A stretch of 64,000 nucleotides of DNA. Origin: Schmidtea polychroa. Taxonomy: Eukaryota. The notes below the pieces were generated by a model. The model ran no database searches. It had not been told where the DNA came from and saw nothing but the letters and a program-made list of their open reading frames with translations. The stretch is from contig CM097885.1 in NCBI GenBank assembly GCA_044892525.1, positions 1,738,001-1,802,000 of the forward strand, read 5' to 3'. How positions within the stretch are numbered: position 1 is the stretch's first letter; each line of letters opens with the position of its first letter. The position numbers and the translations under genes were made by a program. Below, piece after piece: positions 13,801 to 28,800 of this stretch.

Positions 13801-16800
13801 ATTTAATTGAATTTTAAAAATATTTAATTGAACTTTAAATATTTAATTGAATTTTAAAAATATTTAATTGAACTTTAAATATTTAATTGAATTTTAAAAA
13901 TATTTAATTGAACTTTAAATATTTAATTGAATTTTAAAAATATTTAATTGAACTTTAATTGATTTTTAAAAATATTAAATTGAATTTTATAAATATTTAA
14001 TTGAATTTTACAAATATTTAATTGAATTTTATAAATATTTAATTGAATTTTAAAAATATTAAATTGAACTTTAATCGATTTTTATAAATATTTAATTGAA
14101 TTTTACAAATATTAAATTGAATTTTATAAATATTTAATTGAATTTTACAAATATTAAATTGAATTTTACAAATATTAAATTGAATTTTAAAAATATTAAA
14201 TTGAATTTTATAAATATTAAATTGAATTTTATAAATATTTAATTGAATTTTAAAAATATTAAATTGAACTTTATAAATATTAAATTGAATTTTAAAAATA
14301 TTTAATTGAACTTTATAAATATTTAATTGAATTTTATAAATATTAAATTGAACTTTATAAATATTAAATTGAATTTTAAAAATATTAAATTGAACTTTAA
14401 TCGATTTTTATAAATATTTAATTGAATTTTACAAATATTTAATTGAACTTTAAATATTTAATTGAATTTTAAAAATATTTAATTGAACTTTAAATATTTA
14501 ATTGAATTTTAAAAATATTTAATTGAACTTTAATTGATTTTTAAAAATATTAAATTGAATTTTATAAATATTAAATTGAACTTTATAAATATTAAATTGA
14601 ATTTTAAAAATATTAAATTGAACTTTAATCGATTTTTATAAATATTTAATTGAATTTTACAAATATTTAATTGAACTTTAAATATTTAATTGAATTTTAA
14701 AAATATTTAATTGAACTTTAAATATTTAATTGAATTTTAAAAATATTTAATTGAACTTTAAATATTTAATTGAATTTTAAAAATATTTAATTGAACTTTA
14801 AATATTTAATTGAATTTTAAAAATATTTAATTGAACTTTAATTGATTTTTAAAAATATTAAATTGAATTTTATAAATATTTAATTGAATTTTACAAATAT
14901 TTAATTGAATTTTATAAATATTTAATTGAATTTTAAAAATATTAAATTGAACTTTAATCGATTTTTATAAATATTTAATTGAATTTTACAAATATTAAAT
15001 TGAATTTTATAAATATTTAATTGAATTTTACAAATATTAAATTGAATTTTACAAATATTAAATTGAATTTTAAAAATATTAAATTGAATTTTATAAATAT
15101 TAAATTGAATTTTATAAATATTTAATTGAATTTTAAAAATATTAAATTGAACTTTATAAATATTAAATTGAATTTTAAAAATATTTAATTGAACTTTATA
15201 AATATTTAATTGAATTTTATAAATATTAAATTGAACTTTATAAATATTAAATTGAATTTTAAAAATATTAAATTGAACTTTAATCGATTTTTATAAATAT
15301 TTAATTGAATTTTACAAATATTTAATTGAACTTTAAATATTTAATTGAATTTTAAAAATATTTAATTGAACTTTAAATATTTAATTGAATTTTAAAAATA
15401 TTTAATTGAACTTTAAATATTTAATTGAATTTTAAAAATATTTAATTGAACTTTAAATATTTAATTGAATTTTAAAAATATTTAATTGAACTTTAAATAT
15501 TTAATTGAATTTTATAAATATTTAATTGAATTTTACAAATATTAAATTGAATTTTACAAATATTAAATTGAATTTTAAAAATATTCAATTGAATTTTATA
15601 AATATTAAATTGAATTTTATAAATATTTAATTGAATTTTATAAATATTTAATTGAATTTTAAAAATATTAAATTGAACTTTATAAATATTAAATTGAATT
15701 TTAAAAATATTTAATTGAACTTTATAAATATTTAATTGAATTTTATAAATATTAAATTGAACTTTATAAATATTAAATTGAATTTTAAAAATATTAAATT
15801 GAACTTTAATCGATTTTTATAAATATTTAATTGAATTTTACAAATATTTAATTGAACTTTAAATATTTAATTGAATTTTAAAAATATTTAATTGAACTTT
15901 AAATATTTAATTGAATTTTAAAAATATTTAATTGAACTTTAAATATTTAATTGAATTTTAAAAATATTTAATTGAACTTTAAATATTTAATTGAATTTTA
16001 AAAATATTTAATTGAACTTTAAATATTTAATTGAATTTTAAAAATATTTAATTGAACTTTAATTGATTTTTAAAAATATTAAATTGAATTTTATAAATAT
16101 TTAATTGAATTTTACAAATATTTAATTGAATTTTATAAATATTTAATTGAATTTTAAAAATATTAAATTGAACTTTAATCGATTTTTATAAATATTTAAT
16201 TGAATTTTACAAATATTAAATTGAATTTTATAAATATTTAATTGAATTTTACAAATATTAAATTGAATTTTACAAATATTAAATTGAATTTTAAAAATAT
16301 TAAATTGAATTTTATAAATATTAAATTGAATTTTATAAATATTTAATTGAATTTTAAAAATATTAAATTGAACTTTATAAATATTAAATTGAATTTTAAA
16401 AATATTTAATTGAACTTTATAAATATTTAATTGAATTTTATAAATATTAAATTGAACTTTATAAATATTAAATTGAATTTTAAAAATATTAAATTGAACT
16501 TTAATCGATTTTTATAAATATTTAATTGAATTTTACAAATATTTAATTGAACTTTAAATATTTAATTGAATTTTATAAATATTAAATTGAACTTTATAAA
16601 TATTAAATTGAATTTTAAAAATATTAAATTGAACTTTAATCGATTTTTATAAATATTTAATTGAATTTTACAAATATTTAATTGAACTTTAAATATTTAA
16701 TTGAATTTTAAAAATATTTAATTGAACTTTAAATATTTAATTGAATTTTAAAAATATTTAATTGAACTTTAAATATTTAATTGAATTTTAAAAATATTTA

Positions 16801-19800
16801 ATTGAACTTTAAATATTTAATTGAATTTTAAAAATATTTAATTGAACTTTAAATATTTAATTGAATTTTATAAATATTTAATTGAATTTTACAAATATTA
16901 AATTGAATTTTACAAATATTAAATTGAATTTTAAAAATATTCAATTGAATTTTATAAATATTAAATTGAATTTTATAAATATTTAATTGAATTTTATAAA
17001 TATTTAATTGAATTTTAAAAATATTAAATTGAACTTTATAAATATTAAATTGAATTTTAAAAATATTTAATTGAACTTTATAAATATTTAATTGAATTTT
17101 ATAAATATTAAATTGAACTTTATAAATATTAAATTGAATTTTAAAAATATTAAATTGAACTTTAATCGATTTTTATAAATATTTAATTGAATTTTACAAA
17201 TATTTAATTGAACTTTAAATATTTAATTGAATTTTAAAAATATTTAATTGAACTTTAAATATTTAATTGAATTTTAAAAATATTTAATTGAACTTTAAAT
17301 ATTTAATTGAATTTTAAAAATATTTAATTGAACTTTAAATATTTAATTGAATTTTAAAAATATTTAATTGAACTTTAAATATTTAATTGAATTTTAAAAA
17401 TATTTAATTGAACTTTAATTGATTTTTAAAAATATTAAATTGAATTTTATAAATATTTAATTGAATTTTACAAATATTTAATTGAATTTTATAAATATTT
17501 AATTGAATTTTAAAAATATTAAATTGAACTTTAATCGATTTTTATAAATATTTAATTGAATTTTACAAATATTAAATTGAATTTTATAAATATTTAATTG
17601 AATTTTACAAATATTAAATTGAATTTTACAAATATTAAATTGAATTTTAAAAATATTAAATTGAATTTTATAAATATTAAATTGAATTTTATAAATATTT
17701 AATTGAATTTTAAAAATATTAAATTGAACTTTATAAATATTAAATTGAATTTTAAAAATATTTAATTGAACTTTATAAATATTTAATTGAATTTTATAAA
17801 TATTAAATTGAACTTTATAAATATTAAATTGAATTTTAAAAATATTAAATTGAACTTTAATCGATTTTTATAAATATTTAATTGAATTTTACAAATATTA
17901 AATTGAATTTTACAAATATTAAATTGAATTTTAAAAATATTAAATTGAATTTTATAAATATTAAATTGAATTTTATAAATATTTAATTGAATTTTAAAAA
18001 TATTAAATTGAACTTTATAAATATTAAATTGAATTTTAAAAATATTTAATTGAACTTTATAAATATTTAATTGAATTTTATAAATATTAAATTGAACTTT
18101 ATAAATATTAAATTGAATTTTAAAAATATTAAATTGAACTTTAATCGATTTTTATAAATATTTAATTGAATTTTACAAATATTTAATTGAACTTTAAATA
18201 TTTAATTGAATTTTAAAAATATTTAATTGAACTTTAAATATTTAATTGAATTTTAAAAATATTTAATTGAACTTTAAATATTTAATTGAATTTTAAAAAT
18301 ATTTAATTGAACTTTAAATATTTAATTGAATTTTAAAAATATTTAATTGAACTTTAAATATTTAATTGAATTTTATAAATATTTAATTGAATTTTACAAA
18401 TATTAAATTGAATTTTACAAATATTAAATTGAATTTTAAAAATATTCAATTGAATTTTATAAATATTAAATTGAATTTTATAAATATTTAATTGAATTTT
18501 ATAAATATTTAATTGAATTTTAAAAATATTAAATTGAACTTTATAAATATTAAATTGAATTTTAAAAATATTTAATTGAACTTTATAAATATTTAATTGA
18601 ATTTTATAAATATTAAATTGAACTTTATAAATATTAAATTGAATTTTAAAAATATTAAATTGAACTTTAATCGATTTTTATAAATATTTAATTGAATTTT
18701 ACAAATATTTAATTGAACTTTAAATATTTAATTGAATTTTAAAAATATTTAATTGAACTTTAAATATTTAATTGAATTTTAAAAATATTTAATTGAACTT
18801 TAAATATTTAATTGAATTTTAAAAATATTTAATTGAACTTTAAATATTTAATTGAATTTTAAAAATATTTAATTGAACTTTAAATATTTAATTGAATTTT
18901 AAAAATATTTAATTGAACTTTAATTGATTTTTAAAAATATTAAATTGAATTTTATAAATATTTAATTGAATTTTACAAATATTTAATTGAATTTTATAAA
19001 TATTTAATTGAATTTTAAAAATATTAAATTGAACTTTAATCGATTTTTATAAATATTTAATTGAATTTTACAAATATTAAATTGAATTTTATAAATATTT
19101 AATTGAATTTTACAAATATTAAATTGAATTTTACAAATATTAAATTGAATTTTAAAAATATTAAATTGAATTTTATAAATATTAAATTGAATTTTATAAA
19201 TATTTAATTGAATTTTAAAAATATTAAATTGAACTTTATAAATATTAAATTGAATTTTAAAAATATTTAATTGAACTTTATAAATATTTAATTGAATTTT
19301 ATAAATATTAAATTGAACTTTATAAATATTAAATTGAATTTTAAAAATATTAAATTGAACTTTAATCGATTTTTATAAATATTTAATTGAATTTTACAAA
19401 TATTTAATTGAACTTTAAATATTTAATTGAATTTTAAAAATATTTAATTGAACTTTAAATATTTAATTGAATTTTAAAAATATTTAATTGAACTTTAATT
19501 GATTTTTAAAAATATTAAATTGAATTTTATAAATATTAAATTGAACTTTATAAATATTAAATTGAATTTTAAAAATATTAAATTGAACTTTAATCGATTT
19601 TTATAAATATTTAATTGAATTTTACAAATATTAAATTGAATTTTATAAATATTTAATTGAATTTTACAAATATTAAATTGAATTTTACAAATATTAAATT
19701 GAATTTTAAAAATATTAAATTGAATTTTATAAATATTAAATTGAATTTTATAAATATTTAATTGAATTTTAAAAATATTAAATTGAACTTTATAAATATT

Positions 19801-22800
19801 AAATTGAATTTTAAAAATATTTAATTGAACTTTAATCGATTTTTATAAATATTTAATTGAATTTTACAAATATTAAATTGAATTTTATAAATATTTAATT
19901 GAATTTTACAAATATTAAATTGAATTTTACAAATATTAAATTGAATTTTAAAAATATTAAATTGAATTTTATAAATATTAAATTGAATTTTATAAATATT
20001 TAATTGAATTTTAAAAATATTAAATTGAACTTTATAAATATTAAATTGAATTTTAAAAATATTTAATTGAACTTTATAAATATTTAATTGAATTTTATAA
20101 ATATTAAATTGAACTTTATAAATATTAAATTGAATTTTATAAATATTTAATTGAATTTTAAAAATATTAAATTGAACTTTATAAATATTAAATTGAATTT
20201 TAAAAATATTTAATTGAACTTTATAAATATTTAATTGAATTTTATAAATATTAAATTGAACTTTATAAATATTAAATTGAATTTTAAAAATATTAAATTG
20301 AACTTTAATCGATTTTTATAAATATTTAATTGAATTTTACAAATATTTAATTGAACTTTAAATATTTAATTGAATTTTAAAAATATTTAATTGAACTTTA
20401 AATATTTAATTGAATTTTAAAAATATTTAATTGAACTTTAAATATTTAATTGAATTTTAAAAATATTTAATTGAACTTTAAATATTTAATTGAATTTTAA
20501 AAATATTTAATTGAACTTTAAATATTTAATTGAATTTTAAAAATATTTAATTGAACTTTAAATATTTAATTGAATTTTAAAAATATTTAATTGAACTTTA
20601 AATATTTAATTGAATTTTAAAAATATTTAATTGAACTTTAAATATTTAATTGAATTTTAAAAATATTTAATTGAACTTTAATTGATTTTTAAAAATATTT
20701 AATTGAATTTTACAAATATTAAATTGAATTTTACAAATATTAAATTGAGTTTTAAAAATATTAAATTGAATTTTATAAATATTAAATTGAATTTTATAAA
20801 TATTTAATTGAATTTTAAAAATATTTAATTGAACTTTAAATATTTAATTGAATTTTAAAAATATTTAATTGAACTTTAATTGATTTTTAAAAATATTAAA
20901 TTGAATTTTAAAAATATTAAATTGAATTTTAAAAATATTTAATTGAACTTTATAAATATTTAATTGAATTTTATAAATATTAAATTGAACTTTATAAATA
21001 TTAAATTGAATTTTATAAATATTTAATTGAATTTTAAAAATATTAAATTGAACTTTATAAATATTAAATTGAATTTTAAAAATATTTAATTGAACTTTAT
21101 AAATATTTAATTGAATTTTATAAATATTAAATTGAACTTTATAAATATTAAATTGAATTTTAAAAATATTAAATTGAACTTTAATCGATTTTTATAAATA
21201 TTTAATTGAATTTTACAAATATTTAATTGAACTTTAAATATTTAATTGAATTTTAAAAATATTTAATTGAACTTTAAATATTTAATTGAATTTTAAAAAT
21301 ATTTAATTGAACTTTAAATATTTAATTGAATTTTAAAAATATTTAATTGAACTTTAAATATTTAATTGAATTTTAAAAATATTTAATTGAACTTTAAATA
21401 TTTAATTGAATTTTAAAAATATTTAATTGAACTTTAAATATTTAATTGAATTTTAAAAATATTTAATTGAACTTTAAATATTTAATTGAATTTTAAAAAT
21501 ATTTAATTGAACTTTAAATATTTAATTGAATTTTAAAAATATTTAATTGAACTTTAATTGATTTTTAAAAATATTTAATTGAATTTTACAAATATTAAAT
21601 TGAATTTTACAAATATTAAATTGAATTTTAAAAATATTAAATTGAATTTTATAAATATTAAATTGAATTTTATAAATATTTAATTGAATTTTAAAAATAT
21701 TTAATTGAACTTTAAATATTTAATTGAATTTTAAAAATATTAAATTGAACTTTATAAATATTAAATTGAATTTTAAAAATATTTAATTGAACTTTATAAA
21801 TATTTAATTGAATTTTAAAAATATTAAATTGAACTTTAATCGATTTTTATAAATATTTAATTGAATTTTACAAATATTTAATTGAACTTTAAATATTTAA
21901 TTGAATTTTAAAAATATTTAATTGAACTTTAAATATTTAATTGAATTTTAAAAATATTTAATTGAACTTTAATTGATTTTTAAAAATATTAAATTGAATT
22001 TTATAAATATTTAATTGAATTTTACAAATATTTAATTGAATTTTATAAATATTTAATTGAATTTTAAAAATATTAAATTGAACTTTAATCGATTTTTATA
22101 AATATTTAATTGAATTTTACAAATATTAAATTGAATTTTATAAATATTTAATTGAATTTTACAAATATTAAATTGAATTTTACAAATATTAAATTGAATT
22201 TTAAAAATATTAAATTGAATTTTATAAATATTAAATTGAATTTTATAAATATTTAATTGAATTTTAAAAATATTAAATTGAACTTTATAAATATTAAATT
22301 GAATTTTAAAAATATTAAATTGAACTTTAATCGATTTTTATAAATATTTAATTGAATTTTACAAATATTTAATTGAACTTTAAATATTAAATTGAATTTT
22401 AAAAATATTAAATTGAACTTTATAAATATTAAATTGAATTTTAAAAATATTAAATTGAACTTTAATCGATTTTTATAAATATTTAATTGAATTTTACAAA
22501 TATTAAATTGAATTTTATAAATATTTAATTGAATTTTACAAATATTAAATTGAATTTTACAAATATTAAATTGAATTTTAAAAATATTAAATTGAATTTT
22601 ATAAATATTAAATTGAATTTTATAAATATTTAATTGAATTTTATAAATATTTAATTGAATTTTAAAAATATTAAATTGAACTTTATAAATATTAAATTGA
22701 ATTTTAAAAATATTTAATTGAACTTTATAAATATTTAATTGAATTTTATAAATATTAAATTGAACTTTATAAATATTAAATTGAATTTTAAAAATATTAA

Positions 22801-25800
22801 ATTGAACTTTAATCGATTTTTATTAATATTTAATTGAATTTTACAAATATTTAATTGAACTTTAAATATTTAATTGAATTTTAAAAATATTTAATTGAAC
22901 TTTAAATATTTAATTGAATTTTAAAAATATTTAATTGAACTTTAAATATTTAATTGAATTTTAAAAATATTTAATTGAACTTTAAATATTTAATTGAATT
23001 TTAAAAATATTTAATTGAACTTTAAATATTTAATTGAATTTTAAAAATATTTAATTGAACTTTAATTGATTTTTAAAAATATTAAATTGAATTTTATAAA
23101 TATTTAATTGAATTTTACAAATATTTAATTGAATTTTATAAATATTTAATTGAATTTTAAAAATATTAAATTGAACTTTAATCGATTTTTATAAATATTT
23201 AATTGAATTTTACAAATATTAAATTGAATTTTATAAATATTTAATTGAATTTTACAAATATTAAATTGAATTTTACAAATATTAAATTGAATTTTAAAAA
23301 TATTAAATTGAATTTTATAAATATTAAATTGAATTTTATAAATATTTAATTGAATTTTAAAAATATTAAATTGAACTTTATAAATATTAAATTGAATTTT
23401 AAAAATATTTAATTGAACTTTATAAATATTTAATTGAATTTTATAAATATTAAATTGAACTTTATAAATATTAAATTGAATTTTAAAAATATTAAATTGA
23501 ACTTTAATCGATTTTTATAAATATTTAATTGAATTTTACAAATATTTAATTGAACTTTAAATATTTAATTGAATTTTAAAAATATTTAATTGAACTTTAA
23601 TTGATTTTTAAAAATATTAAATTGAATTTTATAAATATTTAATTGAATTTTACAAATATTTAATTGAATTTTATAAATATTTAATTGAATTTTAAAAATA
23701 TTAAATTGAACTTTAATCGATTTTTATAAATATTTAATTGAATTTTACAAATATTAAATTGAATTTTATAAATATTTAATTGAATTTTACAAATATTAAA
23801 TTGAATTTTACAAATATTAAATTGAATTTTAAAAATATTAAATTGAATTTTATAAATATTAAATTGAATTTTATAAATATTTAATTGAATTTTATAAATA
23901 TTAAATTGAACTTTATAAATATTAAATTGAATTTTAAAAATATTAAATTGAACTTTAATCGATTTTTATAAATATTTAATTGAATTTTACAAATATTTAA
24001 TTGAACTTTAAATATTTAATTGAATTTTAAAAATATTTAATTGAACTTTAAATATTTAATTGAATTTTAAAAATATTTAATTGAACTTTAAATATTTAAT
24101 TGAATTTTAAAAATATTTAATTGAACTTTAAATATTTAATTGAATTTTAAAAATATTTAATTGAACTTTAAATATTTAATTGAATTTTAAAAATATTTAA
24201 TTGAACTTTAAATATTTAATTGAATTTTAAAAATATTTAATTGAACTTTAAATATTTAATTGAATTTTAAAAATATTTAATTGAACTTTAATTGATTTTT
24301 AAAAATATTTAATTGAATTTTACAAATATTAAATTGAATTTTACAAATATTAAATTGAATTTTAAAAATATTAAATTGAATTTTATAAATATTAAATTGA
24401 ATTTTATAAATATTTAATTGAATTTTATAAATATTTAATTGAATTTTAAAAATATTAAATTGAACTTTATAAATATTAAATTGAATTTTAAAAATATTTA
24501 ATTGAACTTTATAAATATTTAATTGAATTTTAAAAATATTAAATTGAACTTTAATCGATTTTTATAAATATTTAATTGAATTTTACAAATATTTAATTGA
24601 ACTTTAAATATTTAATTGAATTTTAAAAATATTTAATTGAACTTTAAATATTTAATTGAATTTTAAAAATATTTAATTGAACTTTAATTGATTTTTAAAA
24701 ATATTAAATTGAATTTTATAAATATTTAATTGAATTTTACAAATATTTAATTGAATTTTATAAATATTTAATTGAATTTTAAAAATATTAAATTGAACTT
24801 TAATCGATTTTTATAAATATTTAATTGAATTTTACAAATATTAAATTGAATTTTATAAATATTTAATTGAATTTTACAAATATTAAATTGAATTTTACAA
24901 ATATTAAATTGAATTTTAAAAATATTAAATTGAATTTTATAAATATTAAATTGAATTTTATAAATATTTAATTGAATTTTAAAAATATTAAATTGAACTT
25001 TATAAATATTAAATTGAATTTTAAAAATATTAAATTGAACTTTAATCGATTTTTATAAATATTTAATTGAATTTTACAAATATTTAATTGAACTTTAAAT
25101 ATTTAATTGAATTTTAAAAATATTTAATTGAACTTTATAAATATTAAATTGAATTTTAAAAATATTAAATTGAACTTTATAAATATTAAATTGAATTTTA
25201 AAAATATTAAATTGAACTTTAATCGATTTTTATAAATATTTAATTGAATTTTACAAATATTAAATTGAATTTTATAAATATTTAATTGAATTTTACAAAT
25301 ATTAAATTGAATTTTACAAATATTAAATTGAATTTTAAAAATATTAAATTGAATTTTATAAATATTAAATTGAATTTTATAAATATTTAATTGAATTTTA
25401 TAAATATTTAATTGAATTTTAAAAATATTAAATTGAACTTTATAAATATTAAATTGAATTTTAAAAATATTTAATTGAACTTTATAAATATTTAATTGAA
25501 TTTTATAAATATTAAATTGAACTTTATAAATATTAAATTGAATTTTAAAAATATTAAATTGAACTTTAATCGATTTTTATAAATATTTAATTGAATTTTA
25601 CAAATATTTAATTGAACTTTAAATATTTAATTGAATTTTAAAAATATTTAATTGAACTTTAAATATTTAATTGAATTTTAAAAATATTTAATTGAACTTT
25701 AATTGATTTTTAAAAATATTAAATTGAATTTTATAAATATTAAATTGAACTTTATAAATATTAAATTGAATTTTAAAAATATTAAATTGAACTTTAATCG

Positions 25801-28800
25801 ATTTTTATAAATATTTAATTGAATTTTACAAATATTAAATTGAATTTTATAAATATTTAATTGAATTTTACAAATATTAAATTGAATTTTACAAATATTA
25901 AATTGAATTTTAAAAATATTAAATTGAATTTTATAAATATTAAATTGAATTTTATAAATATTTAATTGAATTTTAAAAATATTAAATTGAACTTTATAAA
26001 TATTAAATTGAATTTTAAAAATATTAAATTGAACTTTAATCGATTTTTATAAATATTTAATTGAATTTTACAAATATTTAATTGAACTTTAAATATTTAA
26101 TTGAATTTTAAAAATATTTAATTGAACTTTATAAATATTAAATTGAATTTTAAAAATATTAAATTGAACTTTATAAATATTAAATTGAATTTTAAAAATA
26201 TTAAATTGAACTTTAATCGATTTTTATAAATATTTAATTGAATTTTACAAATATTAAATTGAATTTTATAAATATTTAATTGAATTTTACAAATATTAAA
26301 TTGAATTTTACAAATATTAAATTGAATTTTAAAAATATTCAATTGAATTTTATAAATATTAAATTGAATTTTATAAATATTTAATTGAATTTTATAAATA
26401 TTTAATTGAATTTTAAAAATATTAAATTGAACTTTATAAATATTAAATTGAATTTTAAAAATATTTAATTGAACTTTATAAATATTTAATTGAATTTTAT
26501 AAATATTAAATTGAACTTTATAAATATTAAATTGAATTTTAAAAATATTAAATTGAACTTTAATCGATTTTTATAAATATTTAATTGAATTTTACAAATA
26601 TTTAATTGAACTTTAAATATTTAATTGAATTTTAAAAATATTTAATTGAACTTTAAATATTTAATTGAATTTTAAAAATATTTAATTGAACTTTAAATAT
26701 TTAATTGAATTTTAAAAATATTTAATTGAACTTTAAATATTTAATTGAATTTTAAAAATATTTAATTGAACTTTAAATATTTAATTGAATTTTAAAAATA
26801 TTTAATTGAACTTTAATTGATTTTTAAAAATATTAAATTGAATTTTATAAATATTTAATTGAATTTTACAAATATTTAATTGAATTTTATAAATATTTAA
26901 TTGAATTTTAAAAATATTAAATTGAACTTTAATCGATTTTTATAAATATTTAATTGAATTTTACAAATATTAAATTGAATTTTATAAATATTAAATTGAA
27001 TTTTACAAATATTAAATTGAATTTTAAAAATATTCAATTGAATTTTATAAATATTAAATTGAATTTTATAAATATTTAATTGAATTTTATAAATATTTAA
27101 TTGAATTTTAAAAATATTAAATTGAACTTTATAAATATTAAATTGAATTTTAAAAATATTTAATTGAACTTTATAAATATTTAATTGAATTTTATAAATA
27201 TTAAATTGAACTTTATAAATATTAAATTGAATTTTAAAAATATTAAATTGAACTTTAATCGATTTTTATAAATATTTAATTGAATTTTACAAATATTTAA
27301 TTGAACTTTAAATATTTAATTGAATTTTAAAAATATTTAATTGAACTTTAAATATTTAATTGAATTTTAAAAATATTTAATTGAACTTTAAATATTTAAT
27401 TGAATTTTAAAAATATTTAATTGAACTTTAAATATTTAATTGAATTTTAAAAATATTTAATTGAACTTTAAATATTTAATTGAATTTTAAAAATATTTAA
27501 TTGAACTTTAATTGATTTTTAAAAATATTAAATTGAATTTTATAAATATTTAATTGAATTTTACAAATATTTAATTGAATTTTATAAATATTTAATTGAA
27601 TTTTAAAAATATTAAATTGAACTTTAATCGATTTTTATAAATATTTAATTGAATTTTACAAATATTAAATTGAATTTTATAAATATTAAATTGAATTTTA
27701 CAAATATTTAATTGAATTTTATAAATATTAAATTGAATTTTATAAATATTTAATTGAATTTTAAAAAAATTAAATTGAACTTTACAAATATTAAATTGAA
27801 TTTTATAAATATTAAATTGAATTTTACAAATATTAAATTGAATTTTATAAATATTAAATTGAATTTTATAAATATTTAATTGAATTTTATAAATATTTAA
27901 TTGAATTTTAAAAAAATTAAATTGAACTTTATAAATATTAAATTGAATTTTAAAAATATTAAATTGAACTTTATAAATATTTAATTGAATTTTATAAATA
28001 TTAAATTGAACTTTAAAAATATTAAATTGAACTTTAAATATTTAATTGAATTTTAAAAATATTAAATTGAACTTTACAATATTTAATTGAATTTTATAAA
28101 TATTTAATTGAATTTTATAAATATTAAATTGAATTTTAAAAATATTAAATTGAACTTTAATCGATTTTTATAAATATTTAATTGAATTTTACAAATATTA
28201 AATTGAATTTTAAAAATATTTAATTGAATTTTACAAATATTAAATTGAATTTTACAAATATTAAATTGAATTTTAAAAATATGAAATTGAATTTTATAAA
28301 TATTAAATTGAATTTTATAAATATTTAATTGAATTTTATAAATATTTAATTGAATTTTAAAAATATTAAATTGAACTTTATAAATATTAAATTGAATTTT
28401 AAAAATATTTAATTGAACTTTATAAATATTTAATTGAATTTTATAAATATTAAATTGAACTTTATAAATATTAAATTGAATTTTAAAAATATTAAATTGA
28501 ACTTTAATCGATTTTTATAAATATTTAATTGAATTTTACAAATATTTAATTGAACTTTAAATATTTAATTGAATTTTAAAAATATTTAATTGAACTTTAA
28601 ATATTTAATTGAATTTTAAAAATATTTAATTGAACTTTAATTGATTTTTAAAAATATTAAATTGAATTTTATAAATATTTAATTGAATTTTACAAATATT
28701 TAATTGAATTTTATAAATATTTAATTGAATTTTAAAAATATTAAATTGAACTTTAATCGATTTTTATAAATATTTAATTGAATTTTACAAATATTAAATT

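Noticed and set aside
20745..20752. Lone GAGT variant as a recursive splice site
   Set aside because: Recursive sites need AG|GT with a pyrimidine tract. This is a single substitution with one shared G.
13260..26342. Two identical 74-aa minus-strand ORFs (13260-13484, 26118-26342)
   Set aside because: Translation of the 21-bp satellite (7-aa period) started by a rare variant. Useful only as duplication markers.
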